64,000 nucleotides of DNA from an uncultured Candidatus Saccharibacteria bacterium (GCA_965230925.1 OZ246403.1:202455-266454), one strand, 5' to 3'. Counted from the first letter of the stretch, positions 9,603-19,151 are shown. Made by a program: numbers and translations. The notes: generated by a model from the sequence alone, not told the origin.

Positions 9603-10499
9603 CTATTTAAACTTAAACTTTTTGACCCGGAAATCATTTCCTCCATCTTTATACACGTCCAAACCATAGTCGTGAGAATAAGTGCTGAGGGTTACGCGTC
9701 GTGGAATTCCTATCGAAGCGTTCTCCGAAATATCACCCTTGAGAGTAATAATTTTCTTTTTATTTTTTATTAAATCGAAGTGGCAATTATCGAAGGTGGT
9801 CTGTGATTTAAAGGGAATTGGTCCACAAATTTTTGTTTTCCCCGACCACAATGTTAGTTCACTAATCTCATTACCGCCAAAAGTTCCCCCTTCAGCAAGA
9901 TAATGGAAACCCGGATTGTTAATCGTGGTATCCACGCCACTTTTAAAGGAGAGGGCGGCCAACTTAGCCCCTTTGGTACCACGTGAATAAACCTTCTTCA
10001 CGTTTTTTGCCACCGTTTTAATGTCCAATCGTGCCCGCGAGGCATCAACCGTGGAAGGCAAAACTTCTGCCGTAAACGGGTAACTAAAATTTGGTCCGCC
10101 ACTAAAATTGGAAATTGACAATCGAGGATCATAGCTAAAAGCAAATTCCACCACCCCACTTAAGCGCTTGGAGCGAGACAACATATAAGAAGCGCCGTTT
10201 GAATACACTCTCGACTGACCGGGGTTAAGAGTTTCTAGTCCTCTACCCGCAAACACCCCTTGGCTAGTGGGATACTCAGTACTGTTTGGTACCCGAGTAG
10301 AAAGATAGGCACCGCTAATTGGCACTGAGCCGGTATTAGTTACCTTAACCGTAAATAAAATGGAATCATCATCGGGAAGGCTCAACCGCTCGCGGTTGTA
10401 ACCCACGAGCTCAGCCTTAAGACCAGGAATAGCCGCCTGGCTCGAGAATGGAATAATAAATAAAACGGCCAGAAAACTAAGAAAAAATAATTTTTTCAT
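9603..10499 (-). CDS. Secreted hypothetical protein
   Basis: Signal peptide MKKLFFLSFLAVLFIIPFSSQA; 298 aa. Confidence 0.45.
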   Translation of the reverse strand: MKKLFFLSFLAVLFIIPFSSQAAIPGLKAELVGYNRERLSLPDDDSILFTVKVTNTGSVPISGAYLSTRVPNSTEYPTSQGVFAGRGLETLNPGQSRVYSNGASYMLSRSKRLSGVVEFAFSYDPRLSISNFSGGPNFSYPFTAEVLPSTVDASRARLDIKTVAKNVKKVYSRGTKGAKLAALSFKSGVDTTINNPGFHYLAEGGTFGGNEISELTLWSGKTKICGPIPFKSQTTFDNCHFDLIKNKKKIITLKGDISENASIGIPRRVTLSTYSHDYGLDVYKDGGNDFRVKKFKFK

Positions 10500-10506
10500 A
10501 ATAATA

Positions 10507-10896
10507 TTAAGCCCCCACCAACACGGTAAACCCGCCGTAATTCATGCGCTTCATGTCGAAGGGCATCGTTTGATCTTTGTTTTTATCGTGTGCTTTCTCC
10601 ATATCCTTCATAATCTTGGCGTTCACTTGGTCGCGATGCTTCCGCGACTTGTAGGTGATATATGAGAAGACCACGAGCTCGCCTTTCTTCAAGTTCACCG
10701 TGTCGGGGAAATTCGCAATTTTCACCTCGCCCATCTTGGGGTGCATGTCATCACCCACGCATTCTTTATACTCAAGCGCGCCGGCCTTCATCCACATCTT
10801 CGCTCCCATCGCGGCCATCTTCTTATACGCCGCCAAATCCTTCTCCGCCACCACGAGCAGAAATCCGTCTACGTATTTTGATTTAATTTTTGTCAT
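10507..10896 (-). CDS. DUF1428 (YbaA-like) family protein
   Basis: ATG at 10896 (MTKIKSKYVDGFLLVVAEKDLAAYKKMAAMGAKMWMKAGALEYKECVGDD) matches DUF1428 N-terminal signature. Confidence 0.55.
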   Translation of the reverse strand: MTKIKSKYVDGFLLVVAEKDLAAYKKMAAMGAKMWMKAGALEYKECVGDDMHPKMGEVKIANFPDTVNLKKGELVVFSYITYKSRKHRDQVNAKIMKDMEKAHDKNKDQTMPFDMKRMNYGGFTVLVGA

Positions 10897-10909
10897 AGTT
10901 GGGAGTATA

Positions 10910-12202
10910 TCAATTATTTTTAAAAGCCACACTCTCCCCAGCCACAAACCCGGTGGTCCAGCAGAGTTGGAGCGAGTAGCCGCCGCTGGGGCGATTGATA
11001 TTGAGCACGTCGCCGACGAGAAAAAGGTTAGGGTAGAGACGCGAAGTCATGGTTTTGAAATTCACTTCATCGAGCTTCACACCGCCAGAAGTCACAATCG
11101 CTTTGCTCTCGCCGAGGAGACCGCTAATGCGAATGGGCAAATTCTTGATGAGCCCCACCAAGCGCAAACGCTCCTCGCGCGTCACATTACTGCCATCAGT
11201 CTCCAGGCCAATGCCCGAAAGTTCCACAATAACTGGCGCGATGGCGGGGGGAATAATTTCACTCAACACATTTTTAAATTTCTTTTTGCCGTGCGCGTGG
11301 AAGAGTTTCTGGAGCTCACGATCGAGCGCGGCTTGGTCGAGCGCGGGCAAGAGATCGAGCGCCAGTGTGACCTCGCCGTATTGCAAAAACTCGCTCACCT
11401 CCTGACTTAAGTTGAGAATCGTTGGGCCACTAAGGCCAAAGTGAGTAAACAAGATTTTACCTTTCTTCACCGCCTGCTTCGCGCCATTTTGGTAAAGACT
11501 GATTTTAATATTCTGAAGCGTCACGCCTTGCAAACGCTTAACCCACGGCTCACTTGAAGCGAGCGGCACAAGCGATGCACTCGGCTCCACCACGGTGTGA
11601 CCAAGCTTCGCCAACCACTGCAAACCTTCGCCCGTTGAACCAGTCTCGGGATGCGATTTGCCACCGGTGGCGAGCACAAAAGCCTTAGCTTTAATTTCTG
11701 CTCCATCCTTCAACTTCACGGCCACAATTTCTTTACCCCGAGTTTCAAACCCTGTTACTTCCGCACCCGTGCGCACCGCCACCTTGCCTTGCGCCAAGTA
11801 ATCCACCAGCACTTGCCACACCGACTCGGCTTTGTTTGACACCGGAAAGACGCGCTGTTCATTCTCCACCTTAGTTTCCATTTTTCGCCCATGAAAGAAG
11901 TCGAGCGTCTCTTGCACACTCCATTGCGCAAAGGCGGAAAAAAGATAATCACCCGCTCCGCCGGATCGAGGCGAGCCCGCATCCTTAAACTTGGCGAGCA
12001 GAGCGCGATTATCAAACTCGGCATTGGTGACATTGCAACGCCCACCACCGGTGATGAGGAGCTTCTTGCCGAGGCCCTGGTTCTTCTCGAGCAAAATCAC
12101 CTTGGCTCCCCGTTCAGCCGCTCGCCCCGCCGCCATCATCCCCGCCGGCCCACCCCCAATTACCACCACGTCCCACATTGTTTCCGACCCAGTTTTCGTC
12201 AT
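10910..12202 (-). CDS. HI0933/BaiN-family FAD-dependent flavoprotein (NAD(FAD)-utilising dehydrogenase)
   Basis: VVVIGGGPAGMMAA dinucleotide-binding motif; GGGRCNVTN; ATG at 12202 has AGGA RBS, alternative ATG at 12178. Confidence 0.75.
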   Translation of the reverse strand: MTKTGSETMWDVVVIGGGPAGMMAAGRAAERGAKVILLEKNQGLGKKLLITGGGRCNVTNAEFDNRALLAKFKDAGSPRSGGAGDYLFSAFAQWSVQETLDFFHGRKMETKVENEQRVFPVSNKAESVWQVLVDYLAQGKVAVRTGAEVTGFETRGKEIVAVKLKDGAEIKAKAFVLATGGKSHPETGSTGEGLQWLAKLGHTVVEPSASLVPLASSEPWVKRLQGVTLQNIKISLYQNGAKQAVKKGKILFTHFGLSGPTILNLSQEVSEFLQYGEVTLALDLLPALDQAALDRELQKLFHAHGKKKFKNVLSEIIPPAIAPVIVELSGIGLETDGSNVTREERLRLVGLIKNLPIRISGLLGESKAIVTSGGVKLDEVNFKTMTSRLYPNLFLVGDVLNINRPSGGYSLQLCWTTGFVAGESVAFKNN

Positions 12203-12225
12203 CGACTTATCCTAGCATTAGCCAA

Positions 12226-12270
12226 AAGAAAAGGCGCGCGATCCGAAGACCGTGCGCCTGTGCGTTTTTT
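12226..12270 (-). terminator. Rho-independent terminator downstream of padR
   Basis: AGGCGCGCG..loop..CGTGCGCCT stem flanked by A-run (T-run in minus sense) and T-run. Confidence 0.55.
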
Positions 12271-12280
12271 GTAAAAGAGT

Positions 12281-12571
12281 TCAGCGTTCGGACGGGAAAA
12301 CACTTCGGTAGAATTTCTCTACAGTTTTCATCTCCCGACGACCCACCTCAGTCAACCGATAGACCTTTTTTCTCACCGGTTGACCTCTAGTCACCGTCTT
12401 GATATACCGACCGGAAACGAGCTTCTCCCTCTCGAGCCGAGCCATAAGTTGATAAAAACCAGGCCCAATCTTCAATCCAGTTTTCTGACGAATATCTTCA
12501 CCCGACAATTCATCCTCTACCACAATGGCAAGAACCGCCACCTGGAGGTGAAAAAGCTTCGGTATCTTCAC
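12281..12571 (-). CDS. PadR-family transcriptional regulator
   Basis: 96 aa winged helix; SGEDIRQKTGLKIGPGFYQLMARLEREKLVSGRY typical of PadR. Confidence 0.75.
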   Translation of the reverse strand: MKIPKLFHLQVAVLAIVVEDELSGEDIRQKTGLKIGPGFYQLMARLEREKLVSGRYIKTVTRGQPVRKKVYRLTEVGRREMKTVEKFYRSVFPSER

Positions 12572-12683
12572 TTTCCAATCTCCTACAAAATCCTTGTTTT
12601 CTGGAACTCAGCACCAACCCATACAACTACCACGTCTCATTTCCTTAGTCAAATCCCTAAGTTTATGCTACCTTATCCGTCCT

Positions 12684-14093
12684 ATGGCGCGGGAGGGAAT
12701 CGTTCTCCGGTTTGAGGACGTCACATTTGAATACGACCCCAATAAACCCATCCTCGATGCGGTCTCTTTTTCTGTCCGCGAGGGCAGCAAGCTCACGATT
12801 ATGGGTCAGAACGGCGCTGGGAAGTCGACGATATTTTCTCTGATTACTGGAGCTCTGGCGCCCACCGAAGGGGACATCCACGTGAGTCAAGGTAAGACCA
12901 TTGCCCTCTCGCGGCAAGTAATTCCGCAAGATGAACTCGGCCTCACCGTGCGCGATTTCTTCGCCAAGCGCTTCGACCGCAAAGTGTATGATATTGATCC
13001 GAAGATTGAGGCGGTGCTCGAAGTGGTAAATCTCCACGCGCCGCTCGAGCGAATAGTAAAAAGTTTCTCCGGCGGTCAGCAAGCGCGCCTTCTCCTCGCC
13101 TCGGCCCTCATCCAAGACCCCGATATTCTCCTCCTCGACGAGCCGACCAATAACCTCGACAAGGTGGGCATTGCGCATCTCACGGAGTTTATCAAGGGTT
13201 ATGAGAAAACTTGCCTCGTGATCTCGCACGACGCCGACTTCCTCAACGCCTTCACCGATGGCGTGCTCTATCTCGATGTCTTCACCCGTAAGGTGGAGCA
13301 ATATGTTGGTAACTATTTTGATCTCTTGGCAGAAATTTCGGCACGATTGGAAAAAGAAAATAGAAAGAATGCTCAACTCGCCAAAGAAATTCAGGCCAAG
13401 AAAGATAAGGCGAACTTCTTTGCCCACAAGGGCGGCGGTATGCGGCTCGTGGCCAAGCGGATGCGCGAGAAAGCCGAGGAGCTTGAGGAAGAGAAGGTGG
13501 ACCTGCGGCGCGAAGACAAGACCATTCGCCCGTTCACCATCCCCTCGCAGCCGGAACTCATTGGCGAGATTGTGCGCGTGAATGACAAAATCTCGCTCAA
13601 GCGCAAGGGTCACTTGCTGCTCGCGGGACCAAATGGCAGTGGGAAAACCACTTTGCTTGAGTCCTTAGCAACAGGGAAAAATAAAAAAGCGGTCATCGCC
13701 CCGGGCGTGCGCGTGGGTTATTATCGCCAAGATTTCTCGACCCTCAACTTCGAGCACACGGTGCACGAGTCGCTGATGAGCGTGATGGAGAAACAGATCG
13801 AGCAAGACATGCGCAGTGTCGCGGCCGGCTTCCTTATCACTGGTAATCTCATTAATTCTAAAATTGCGAGTCTCTCGGAAGGGCAGAAAGGTCTCGTGGC
13901 CTTCGCCCGGCTCGTGCTCCAGCGTCCGGGTTTACTCCTCCTCGACGAGCCCACCAATCACATCAACTTCCGTCACCTCCCGATTATCGCCAAAGCTCTT
14001 AGCGCCTACGACGGCGCCCTAATTCTCGTCTCCCACGTCCCCGACTTCGTCTCCCAAATTCGGATTGATGAGGTGCTCGAGTTGGGGAAATAA
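12684..14093 (+). CDS. ABC-F family ATPase (two NBDs, no TMD)
   Basis: ATG at 12684; GQNGAGKST / LSGGQQARL and GPNGSGKTT / LSEGQKGLVAFARL; charged interdomain linker. Confidence 0.8.
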   Translation: MAREGIVLRFEDVTFEYDPNKPILDAVSFSVREGSKLTIMGQNGAGKSTIFSLITGALAPTEGDIHVSQGKTIALSRQVIPQDELGLTVRDFFAKRFDRKVYDIDPKIEAVLEVVNLHAPLERIVKSFSGGQQARLLLASALIQDPDILLLDEPTNNLDKVGIAHLTEFIKGYEKTCLVISHDADFLNAFTDGVLYLDVFTRKVEQYVGNYFDLLAEISARLEKENRKNAQLAKEIQAKKDKANFFAHKGGGMRLVAKRMREKAEELEEEKVDLRREDKTIRPFTIPSQPELIGEIVRVNDKISLKRKGHLLLAGPNGSGKTTLLESLATGKNKKAVIAPGVRVGYYRQDFSTLNFEHTVHESLMSVMEKQIEQDMRSVAAGFLITGNLINSKIASLSEGQKGLVAFARLVLQRPGLLLLDEPTNHINFRHLPIIAKALSAYDGALILVSHVPDFVSQIRIDEVLELGK

Positions 14094-14184
14094 AGTTTGA
14101 CAAACAAGTTGGTATCGTGCTACGGTAGCCGAGGAATGTAGACGCTTGAAAGCGAAATAGATAGGCTGTTTTTGGAGACTACTA

Positions 14185-14412
14185 ATGACTCTTGATCTTT
14201 GGATCTTTTCCGGACTAGCTTTGACAATGTGTGTTGGTTTTATCTTGGTCGAAATATCGATCAGGATAATAAAAAGCAAAGAAGATACACGCAAATCAAA
14301 TCGACTTTGGCGGTGTGGCTGGGGCTTCGTCGTGGTCGCAGTCATCGGAATTATAACCCACATAGTCGTTATGTCCCACACTAGAAATATTCCCATGCCC
14401 TGGCTACCCTAG
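14185..14412 (+). CDS. Small hypothetical membrane protein
   Basis: 75 aa, two hydrophobic helices; followed by terminator. Confidence 0.3.
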   Translation: MTLDLWIFSGLALTMCVGFILVEISIRIIKSKEDTRKSNRLWRCGWGFVVVAVIGIITHIVVMSHTRNIPMPWLP

Positions 14413-14452
14413 AACAACAAAACCACCATTCAGAAGTGGTGAACAAAATCTG

Positions 14453-14487
14453 GAAACCGCATCGCAGGGTGCGGTTTTTTCTTTTTT
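14453..14487 (+). terminator. Rho-independent terminator
   Basis: ACCGCAtcgcagggTGCGGTtttttcttttttctt. Confidence 0.65.
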
Positions 14488-14537
14488 CTTAACTCCTCCC
14501 CAACCCTCCTCTTACCCTAAGAGGAGGGTGAAATCAT

Positions 14538-15059
14538 TTAATTCCGAAAAAACTCCGACACCTTGTTTTTGATTAGATCGAAGTCGAGGTAATCGTGATT
14601 ATCGCCCGGAGTTTCGATGAGGGTGATATTAGGTAGATTAACTTTGGTCACAAAATTTTTGACTCGAGCATAGTCTGAGTAGGGATCATTGGTGTTTTGG
14701 ATAATCGTGGTCGGCACCGAAAGCGAAAGGATTTTCTCACCAAGTTGCGCTTCTTGTTCTGGTGTACCGAGTGGCAAACCCACGAAAAGACATTTCACCG
14801 GCTTCAGTTTACCGAGATAATTTCCGTTAATCGTGAGCACCGAGCCGGCCGACTTGGCGAAGACAGCAATTGCTTCATCGCCAACTTTCTCTACCACCTG
14901 CGCCAACTCGAAATCAAAATTAATTAATTCTTCCCCCGTCTCCCAATGCTTATAATAATGTTTGTAAACATCATCAAAACTCGACACACTTGCCGCCGCA
15001 GCCCCATCGGCCCACTCCTTGTTCCGCTTACTATTGCCCGGCAAAACGATAAGTTTCAT
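14538..15059 (-). CDS. Alpha/beta-hydrolase-fold protein
   Basis: 173 aa; AKSAGS nucleophile-elbow-like motif; size typical of small serine hydrolases. Confidence 0.45.
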   Translation of the reverse strand: MKLIVLPGNSKRNKEWADGAAAASVSSFDDVYKHYYKHWETGEELINFDFELAQVVEKVGDEAIAVFAKSAGSVLTINGNYLGKLKPVKCLFVGLPLGTPEQEAQLGEKILSLSVPTTIIQNTNDPYSDYARVKNFVTKVNLPNITLIETPGDNHDYLDFDLIKNKVSEFFRN

Positions 15060-15075
15060 GTTGAGAGTATAGTAA

Positions 15076-15726
15076 TTAATTAAACTTCCGCCACTTTCCT
15101 TCAGAAATCACTTCCACCTTATCATCAAGCACCTTCACTGCGGTTTGGTCATCGAGAGCATAAAGCGGGGTGTCAATTCCTTGCGCCACTTCATCAATAA
15201 GCTCTGATGCTCGTGGGAAATACGGCGAATCCATATGCGGCACAATCAGAAAGTCAACAAAACCAAGTCCCTCATTATCTGCTTCAACAATCGGTTCTTC
15301 ATACAAGCGCTGCATTTCTTTCTCTCTCAAGTTTGGAGCAACTATCATACTTCCGGCGCTAATGCCTACATAAACGCGTGTTTTCAAAAGATCAGGCAAA
15401 ACCTTAGCAAGACCCGACTTCTTGATCTGACTCATGAGGTATGAAGTGTTGCCGCCACCAACCATAATCACGTCGGCGCGCTCTAAACGTGATTGCCACA
15501 CGTCTTGCGGCACAGCAGCAATGTCGACAATATCAACTTCTTTGAACCCCAGTTCCTTACATTTCACGAGGTCCTTAATCAACCACCACTTATCACCTCC
15601 TTCCACATTGGCCGCGGTCGGAATAAACACGAGCTTCGCTTCCGTAAAATCCTTCCCCACCAAGTCACGCAAGGCCTTCACCATCGACTCATTCGCAATT
15701 CCGCCAGAAGTTAAAAGAAGTTTCAT
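15076..15726 (-). CDS. Peptidase S51 (dipeptidase E-like) family protein
   Basis: MKLLLTSGG...VGGGNTSYL...GISAGSMI pattern of S51/class-I glutamine amidotransferase-like fold. Confidence 0.7.
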   Translation of the reverse strand: MKLLLTSGGIANESMVKALRDLVGKDFTEAKLVFIPTAANVEGGDKWWLIKDLVKCKELGFKEVDIVDIAAVPQDVWQSRLERADVIMVGGGNTSYLMSQIKKSGLAKVLPDLLKTRVYVGISAGSMIVAPNLREKEMQRLYEEPIVEADNEGLGFVDFLIVPHMDSPYFPRASELIDEVAQGIDTPLYALDDQTAVKVLDDKVEVISEGKWRKFN

Positions 15727-15729
15727 GTT

Positions 15730-16194
15730 CTATTCCCCTCTCGCCGCTTTTTCCAGCTCCGCAATATCAAATTTCTTCATCTTTAAGAACGCTTGGGTAA
15801 CGCGGTCGACCTTGGCTTGGTCATCGGTGGCCATCATGTCGTCGAGGGCGGTGGGAGTAATTTGCCAGGAGACACCGTATTTATCTTTGAGCCAGCCGCA
15901 TTGCTCGGACTCGGGCACGGCGCTCAACTTCTCCCAATAATAATCGATCTCCGCTTGATCCTTGCACGAGACGATGAAAGAAATCGCTTCGTTAATCTTA
16001 AAATAAGGTCCGGCACTAATGGCCATAAACGGTTGACCATTGAGCTCAAAGTTCACGATATCGCAATCACCCGACGGCGTGTTATGAAGCGTTTTGATAC
16101 TATTAATTTTTGAATTCGGGAAAACCGAAACATAAAACTCGGCCGCCTCCTTGGCCTCCTTATCGAACCACAAATGCGGGGTAATTTTTTGCAT
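15730..16194 (-). CDS. VOC-family (PhnB/glyoxalase-like) protein
   Basis: ATG at 16194 (MQKITPHLWFDKEAKEAAEFYVSVFPNS) typical PhnB-like N-terminus; C-terminus KDKYGVSWQI. Confidence 0.6.
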   Translation of the reverse strand: MQKITPHLWFDKEAKEAAEFYVSVFPNSKINSIKTLHNTPSGDCDIVNFELNGQPFMAISAGPYFKINEAISFIVSCKDQAEIDYYWEKLSAVPESEQCGWLKDKYGVSWQITPTALDDMMATDDQAKVDRVTQAFLKMKKFDIAELEKAARGE

Positions 16195-16202
16195 GATACT
16201 TA

Positions 16203-16514
16203 TTATAACTTCTTCATCGCCTCTTGGAATTCGGCGTCGGTGGCCGCGGGACCATCGAGAACGGGAGATGGGTGAGCTTGCCAATAGGCGAGCGATTTCA
16301 TGTTGGTGCGGGTGAGGCGGGCGGCCAAGTCGCGATCGCCATCAGTGACCGACTCGGCAAAGAAGTTCACCCCGCCGTCGAAAATTTCTTCGGCACTCTT
16401 CACCTTCCCATTCTCCGAATCAAATTTACACACCAACCCCTCTGGCGTTTCCATCCCCACATCCCCCGCATGCTCCCCCTCAAGTGGCATCCCACATGTA
16501 ATACATGTTTTCAT
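16203..16514 (-). CDS. Putative zinc-ribbon domain protein
   Basis: ATG at 16514: MKTCITCGMPLEGEHAGD...GLVCKF; upstream extension in track judged spurious. Confidence 0.4.
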   Translation of the reverse strand: MKTCITCGMPLEGEHAGDVGMETPEGLVCKFDSENGKVKSAEEIFDGGVNFFAESVTDGDRDLAARLTRTNMKSLAYWQAHPSPVLDGPAATDAEFQEAMKKL

Positions 16515-16522
16515 GTTTTTAT

Positions 16523-16957
16523 TTACATCCAACCCGCCAAAATCGCGCCCATCACGAGGAAGGTCACTAAGTAGTAACCGGCATTGATGAACCAGAGCTT
16601 CCAGGTTTTGCCTTCCCAGAGAACGCGACTCAAGGTCACCGGCGCCACGAAGGCAAGCCAAGCGCAGAAGGCCGTGGAGAGTCCGCGACCCACACTCATT
16701 TCGTCAAAATAATTCCCCGCCATGGTGATGAAGTGAGAAAGCACATAGGCCGTAATGAGCGAGCCCACAATGGTGAGCACATAGCTCTTGGTCATCCCCT
16801 TTCCTTCCGCTTTAAACTTGGCGATCGCCTCTGGACTAATATCAATCCCCACGAGTCGCGCCCAGGTTTTGCCAAACAAAGGGCCATGCCAGATGAACCC
16901 AATCACAAACGCCGCCACCGCCGCTACCACTATCGCCAACCAATTTACTTCGATCAT
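16523..16957 (-). CDS. DUF1761-family membrane protein
   Basis: MIEVNWLAIVVAAVAAFVIGFIWHGPLFGKTW signature; 4 TM; 5' end lies in direct-repeat copy 1. Confidence 0.55.
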   Translation of the reverse strand: MIEVNWLAIVVAAVAAFVIGFIWHGPLFGKTWARLVGIDISPEAIAKFKAEGKGMTKSYVLTIVGSLITAYVLSHFITMAGNYFDEMSVGRGLSTAFCAWLAFVAPVTLSRVLWEGKTWKLWFINAGYYLVTFLVMGAILAGWM

Positions 16958-16961
16958 AAAA
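16898..16961. repeat. 64-bp direct repeat, copy 1 (includes start codon and first 19 codons of DUF1761 gene)
   Basis: cccaatcacaaacgccgccaccgccgctaccactatcgccaaccaatttacttcgatcataaaa; 61/64 identical to 18037-18100. Confidence 0.85.
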
Positions 16962-17032
16962 ATTAAATTAGCTTCTAATCACACCTCTTCCTACTATAGT
17001 GAAATAGTAGCAAATTTGAGTATAATTGGAGA

Positions 17033-18034
17033 ATGGGTATCCGCACAATCATTATTTGGCTAATTATTTTTGCTCTTGGCTTTGGCCTTGGTTGGTTACT
17101 ACACATTGACAAAACAGCAACAGTTCAGAGTATTCGTGAGAATTCTTCCGATTACAAATTTATTAACCCACTACTCTTCGCCAAGTCTACTGATGATCAA
17201 ATTTTCCCTCAATATGCCCCTCTAAAAGAAACGATTACTGATTACATTAAAGAAATGTCGAATCAAGATGTTAGTGATGTTTCGGTCTATTTCCGTAACC
17301 TTAATTCTGGTCAATGGGTTTATATTAATCCCAACGAAACCTTTACTCCGGCGAGCATGCTTAAAGTCATTACTCTTATTTCGGTTCTTCGCGTCGCTGA
17401 ATCTGACCCCGCCTTGCTCAACAAAAAATTCACTCTCCGTGGTGCCGATCAAACACTCGTGAATAGCCAAATGGCTTACCATCCCGCCAAAAACCAAATT
17501 CGAATTGGTCATGAATACACCGTAAAAGAATTACTCGACCATCTAATTATTGAATCCGACAATGTGGCCAATGCGGCTCTAATCGAACTTGTAGGAAAAG
17601 AGAAAATTTTAAAAACCTATAATGACCTGCGTCTGCCTGAACCCAATCAATTTGGTTACACAGCCGAGCAGTATTCGCATCTTTTCCGAGTACTTTATAA
17701 CGGCACCTATCTATCGCGCTCTGTTTCCGAACAGGTTCTAGAGCTTCTAAGCAAAACTAGTTTTGAGGAAGGCATCGTGGCCGCAGTGCCCCCCGAGACA
17801 GTGGTCTCACATAAGTTTGGCGTCCATATTGTGCCGGCTAGCGATTACAGACAAACAAACAAGATAGAATATCGCGAACTTCACGATTGTGGAATTGTTT
17901 ATTATCCAGATCAACCCTACTTCCTGTGCATTATGACCCGTGGTCAAGAATTTCCAACTCTTGAAACCGTGATTAAAAACATTTCCACCATTACCTGGCA
18001 ACAGGTTTCTTCTCTCAACAAGAAAAAGTCCTAA
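17033..18034 (+). CDS. Class A beta-lactamase-like / PBP-fold serine hydrolase, membrane-anchored
   Basis: N-terminal TM; SMLK (SxxK), SDN (ESDNVANAA) motifs; TATAAT at 17017 suggests near-leaderless start. Confidence 0.6.
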   Translation: MGIRTIIIWLIIFALGFGLGWLLHIDKTATVQSIRENSSDYKFINPLLFAKSTDDQIFPQYAPLKETITDYIKEMSNQDVSDVSVYFRNLNSGQWVYINPNETFTPASMLKVITLISVLRVAESDPALLNKKFTLRGADQTLVNSQMAYHPAKNQIRIGHEYTVKELLDHLIIESDNVANAALIELVGKEKILKTYNDLRLPEPNQFGYTAEQYSHLFRVLYNGTYLSRSVSEQVLELLSKTSFEEGIVAAVPPETVVSHKFGVHIVPASDYRQTNKIEYRELHDCGIVYYPDQPYFLCIMTRGQEFPTLETVIKNISTITWQQVSSLNKKKS

Positions 18035-18096
18035 TTCCCAATCGCAAACGCCGCCACCGCCGCTACCACTATCGCCAAATAATTTACTTCGATCAT
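18034..18096 (-). pseudogene. Duplicated 5' fragment of DUF1761 gene (21 codons then stop)
   Basis: Reverse complement of repeat copy 2 reads ATG-IEVNYLAIVVAAVAAFAIGN-TAG. Confidence 0.5.
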
Positions 18097-18100
18097 AAAA
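18037..18100. repeat. 64-bp direct repeat, copy 2
   Basis: cccaatcgcaaacgccgccaccgccgctaccactatcgccaaataatttacttcgatcataaaa. Confidence 0.85.
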
Positions 18101-18143
18101 TTGTTTGTTGATAATAAACTGACCCGATTGTACCATAAAGGGC

Positions 18144-18626
18144 ATGAGCGAACAGATCCCGTTTTTTGAAGACGAGACGTCGAAGCGTCAACCAGGATTC
18201 CCGACGGTAGAACGAGATACCGTAAACGTTCTTGTGTGGAATCCCGAGACTGAGGAAATGATTTGTCTCGACTGGACCAATTTTGGCTGGCGCACCCTTA
18301 TCATCGGCGGCATCGAGCCAGGAGAAAAACCGGAAGCCAGCGCGATCCGAGAAATTATTGAAGAAACCGGCTACACCGATCTCGAGCTCGTGGCTGATCT
18401 CGGCAAACTCCAATCAGCCTACTTCGCCACGCACAAGAAGGAAAATCGGATCGCGAACACGGTTGGTCTGCTCTTCAAACTCAAAAGCGAGGCCCAGCAA
18501 CCGGTGAAAAATCCCGAGAACTTGCCCCACGTCTTTAAGTGGATCAAGTGCGATGAGGTCGCCAACTTTCTCACCCTCTCATCCCAAAAACATTTGTGGG
18601 AAAAAGCGAAGCAGTGTCTCGAATAA
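18144..18626 (+). CDS. NUDIX hydrolase
   Basis: Nudix box GGIEPGEKPEASAIREIIEETG (GX5EX7REUXEEXGU). Confidence 0.8.
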   Translation: MSEQIPFFEDETSKRQPGFPTVERDTVNVLVWNPETEEMICLDWTNFGWRTLIIGGIEPGEKPEASAIREIIEETGYTDLELVADLGKLQSAYFATHKKENRIANTVGLLFKLKSEAQQPVKNPENLPHVFKWIKCDEVANFLTLSSQKHLWEKAKQCLE

Positions 18627-18635
18627 TCTTTTCAC

Positions 18636-18682
18636 AAAAATAGCCCGCCGGTCCTGTGTGACTCGGCGGGCTAATTTGTTTG
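18636..18682. terminator. Bidirectional rho-independent terminator between convergent NUDIX and GNAT genes
   Basis: aaaaatAGCCCGCCGgtcctgtgtgactCGGCGGGCTaatttgtttg. Confidence 0.65.
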
Positions 18683-18704
18683 ATTGGACCTGACAGCAAG
18701 AGAC

Positions 18705-19151
18705 TCAACTGATTACAACTTCTTTCAGGTTAAGCCTCATCGCAACACCCTGATTGAAAAAGCCAAGCTTCTCATAAAACGCGACCTTGTCGGGATGACA
18801 GTCGAGTGTCACCTTGTAGCAGCCAAGGCGCCGTGCCATTTTAAGCATTTCCTCCATGAGAGCTTTACCAACACCTCGACCCTGATGTTCGCGGTGGACA
18901 GCAACATCTTCAATTTGCATTGAGAGCGATCCACCGCGGGTTAGGTGTCGAAAAGTCCCCGCAGCGATTGCTCCCACCACTTGGCCATCATAAACCGCCA
19001 CATAGAAAAACGTCGTGGTCCAGTTACTGACCTCGGCTACCAGTTCCTCCCATCGCCCATTATTAATGGGGTGACAAGGGGAAAGAGCAGACAACGTCTC
19101 AGGCAAACCGTAGGCCCAATCTTCGAGTTCCAAAGGACGAACCGTGATCAT
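18705..19151 (-). CDS. GNAT-family N-acetyltransferase
   Basis: VAVHREHQGRGVGKALMEEM acetyl-CoA-binding motif (Q/RxxGxG/A). Confidence 0.75.
   Translation of the reverse strand: MITVRPLELEDWAYGLPETLSALSPCHPINNGRWEELVAEVSNWTTTFFYVAVYDGQVVGAIAAGTFRHLTRGGSLSMQIEDVAVHREHQGRGVGKALMEEMLKMARRLGCYKVTLDCHPDKVAFYEKLGFFNQGVAMRLNLKEVVIS

Noticed and set aside
12663-13613. 316-aa minus-strand ORF
   Set aside because: Fully antisense to the ABC-F gene, whose Walker and signature motifs are unambiguous.
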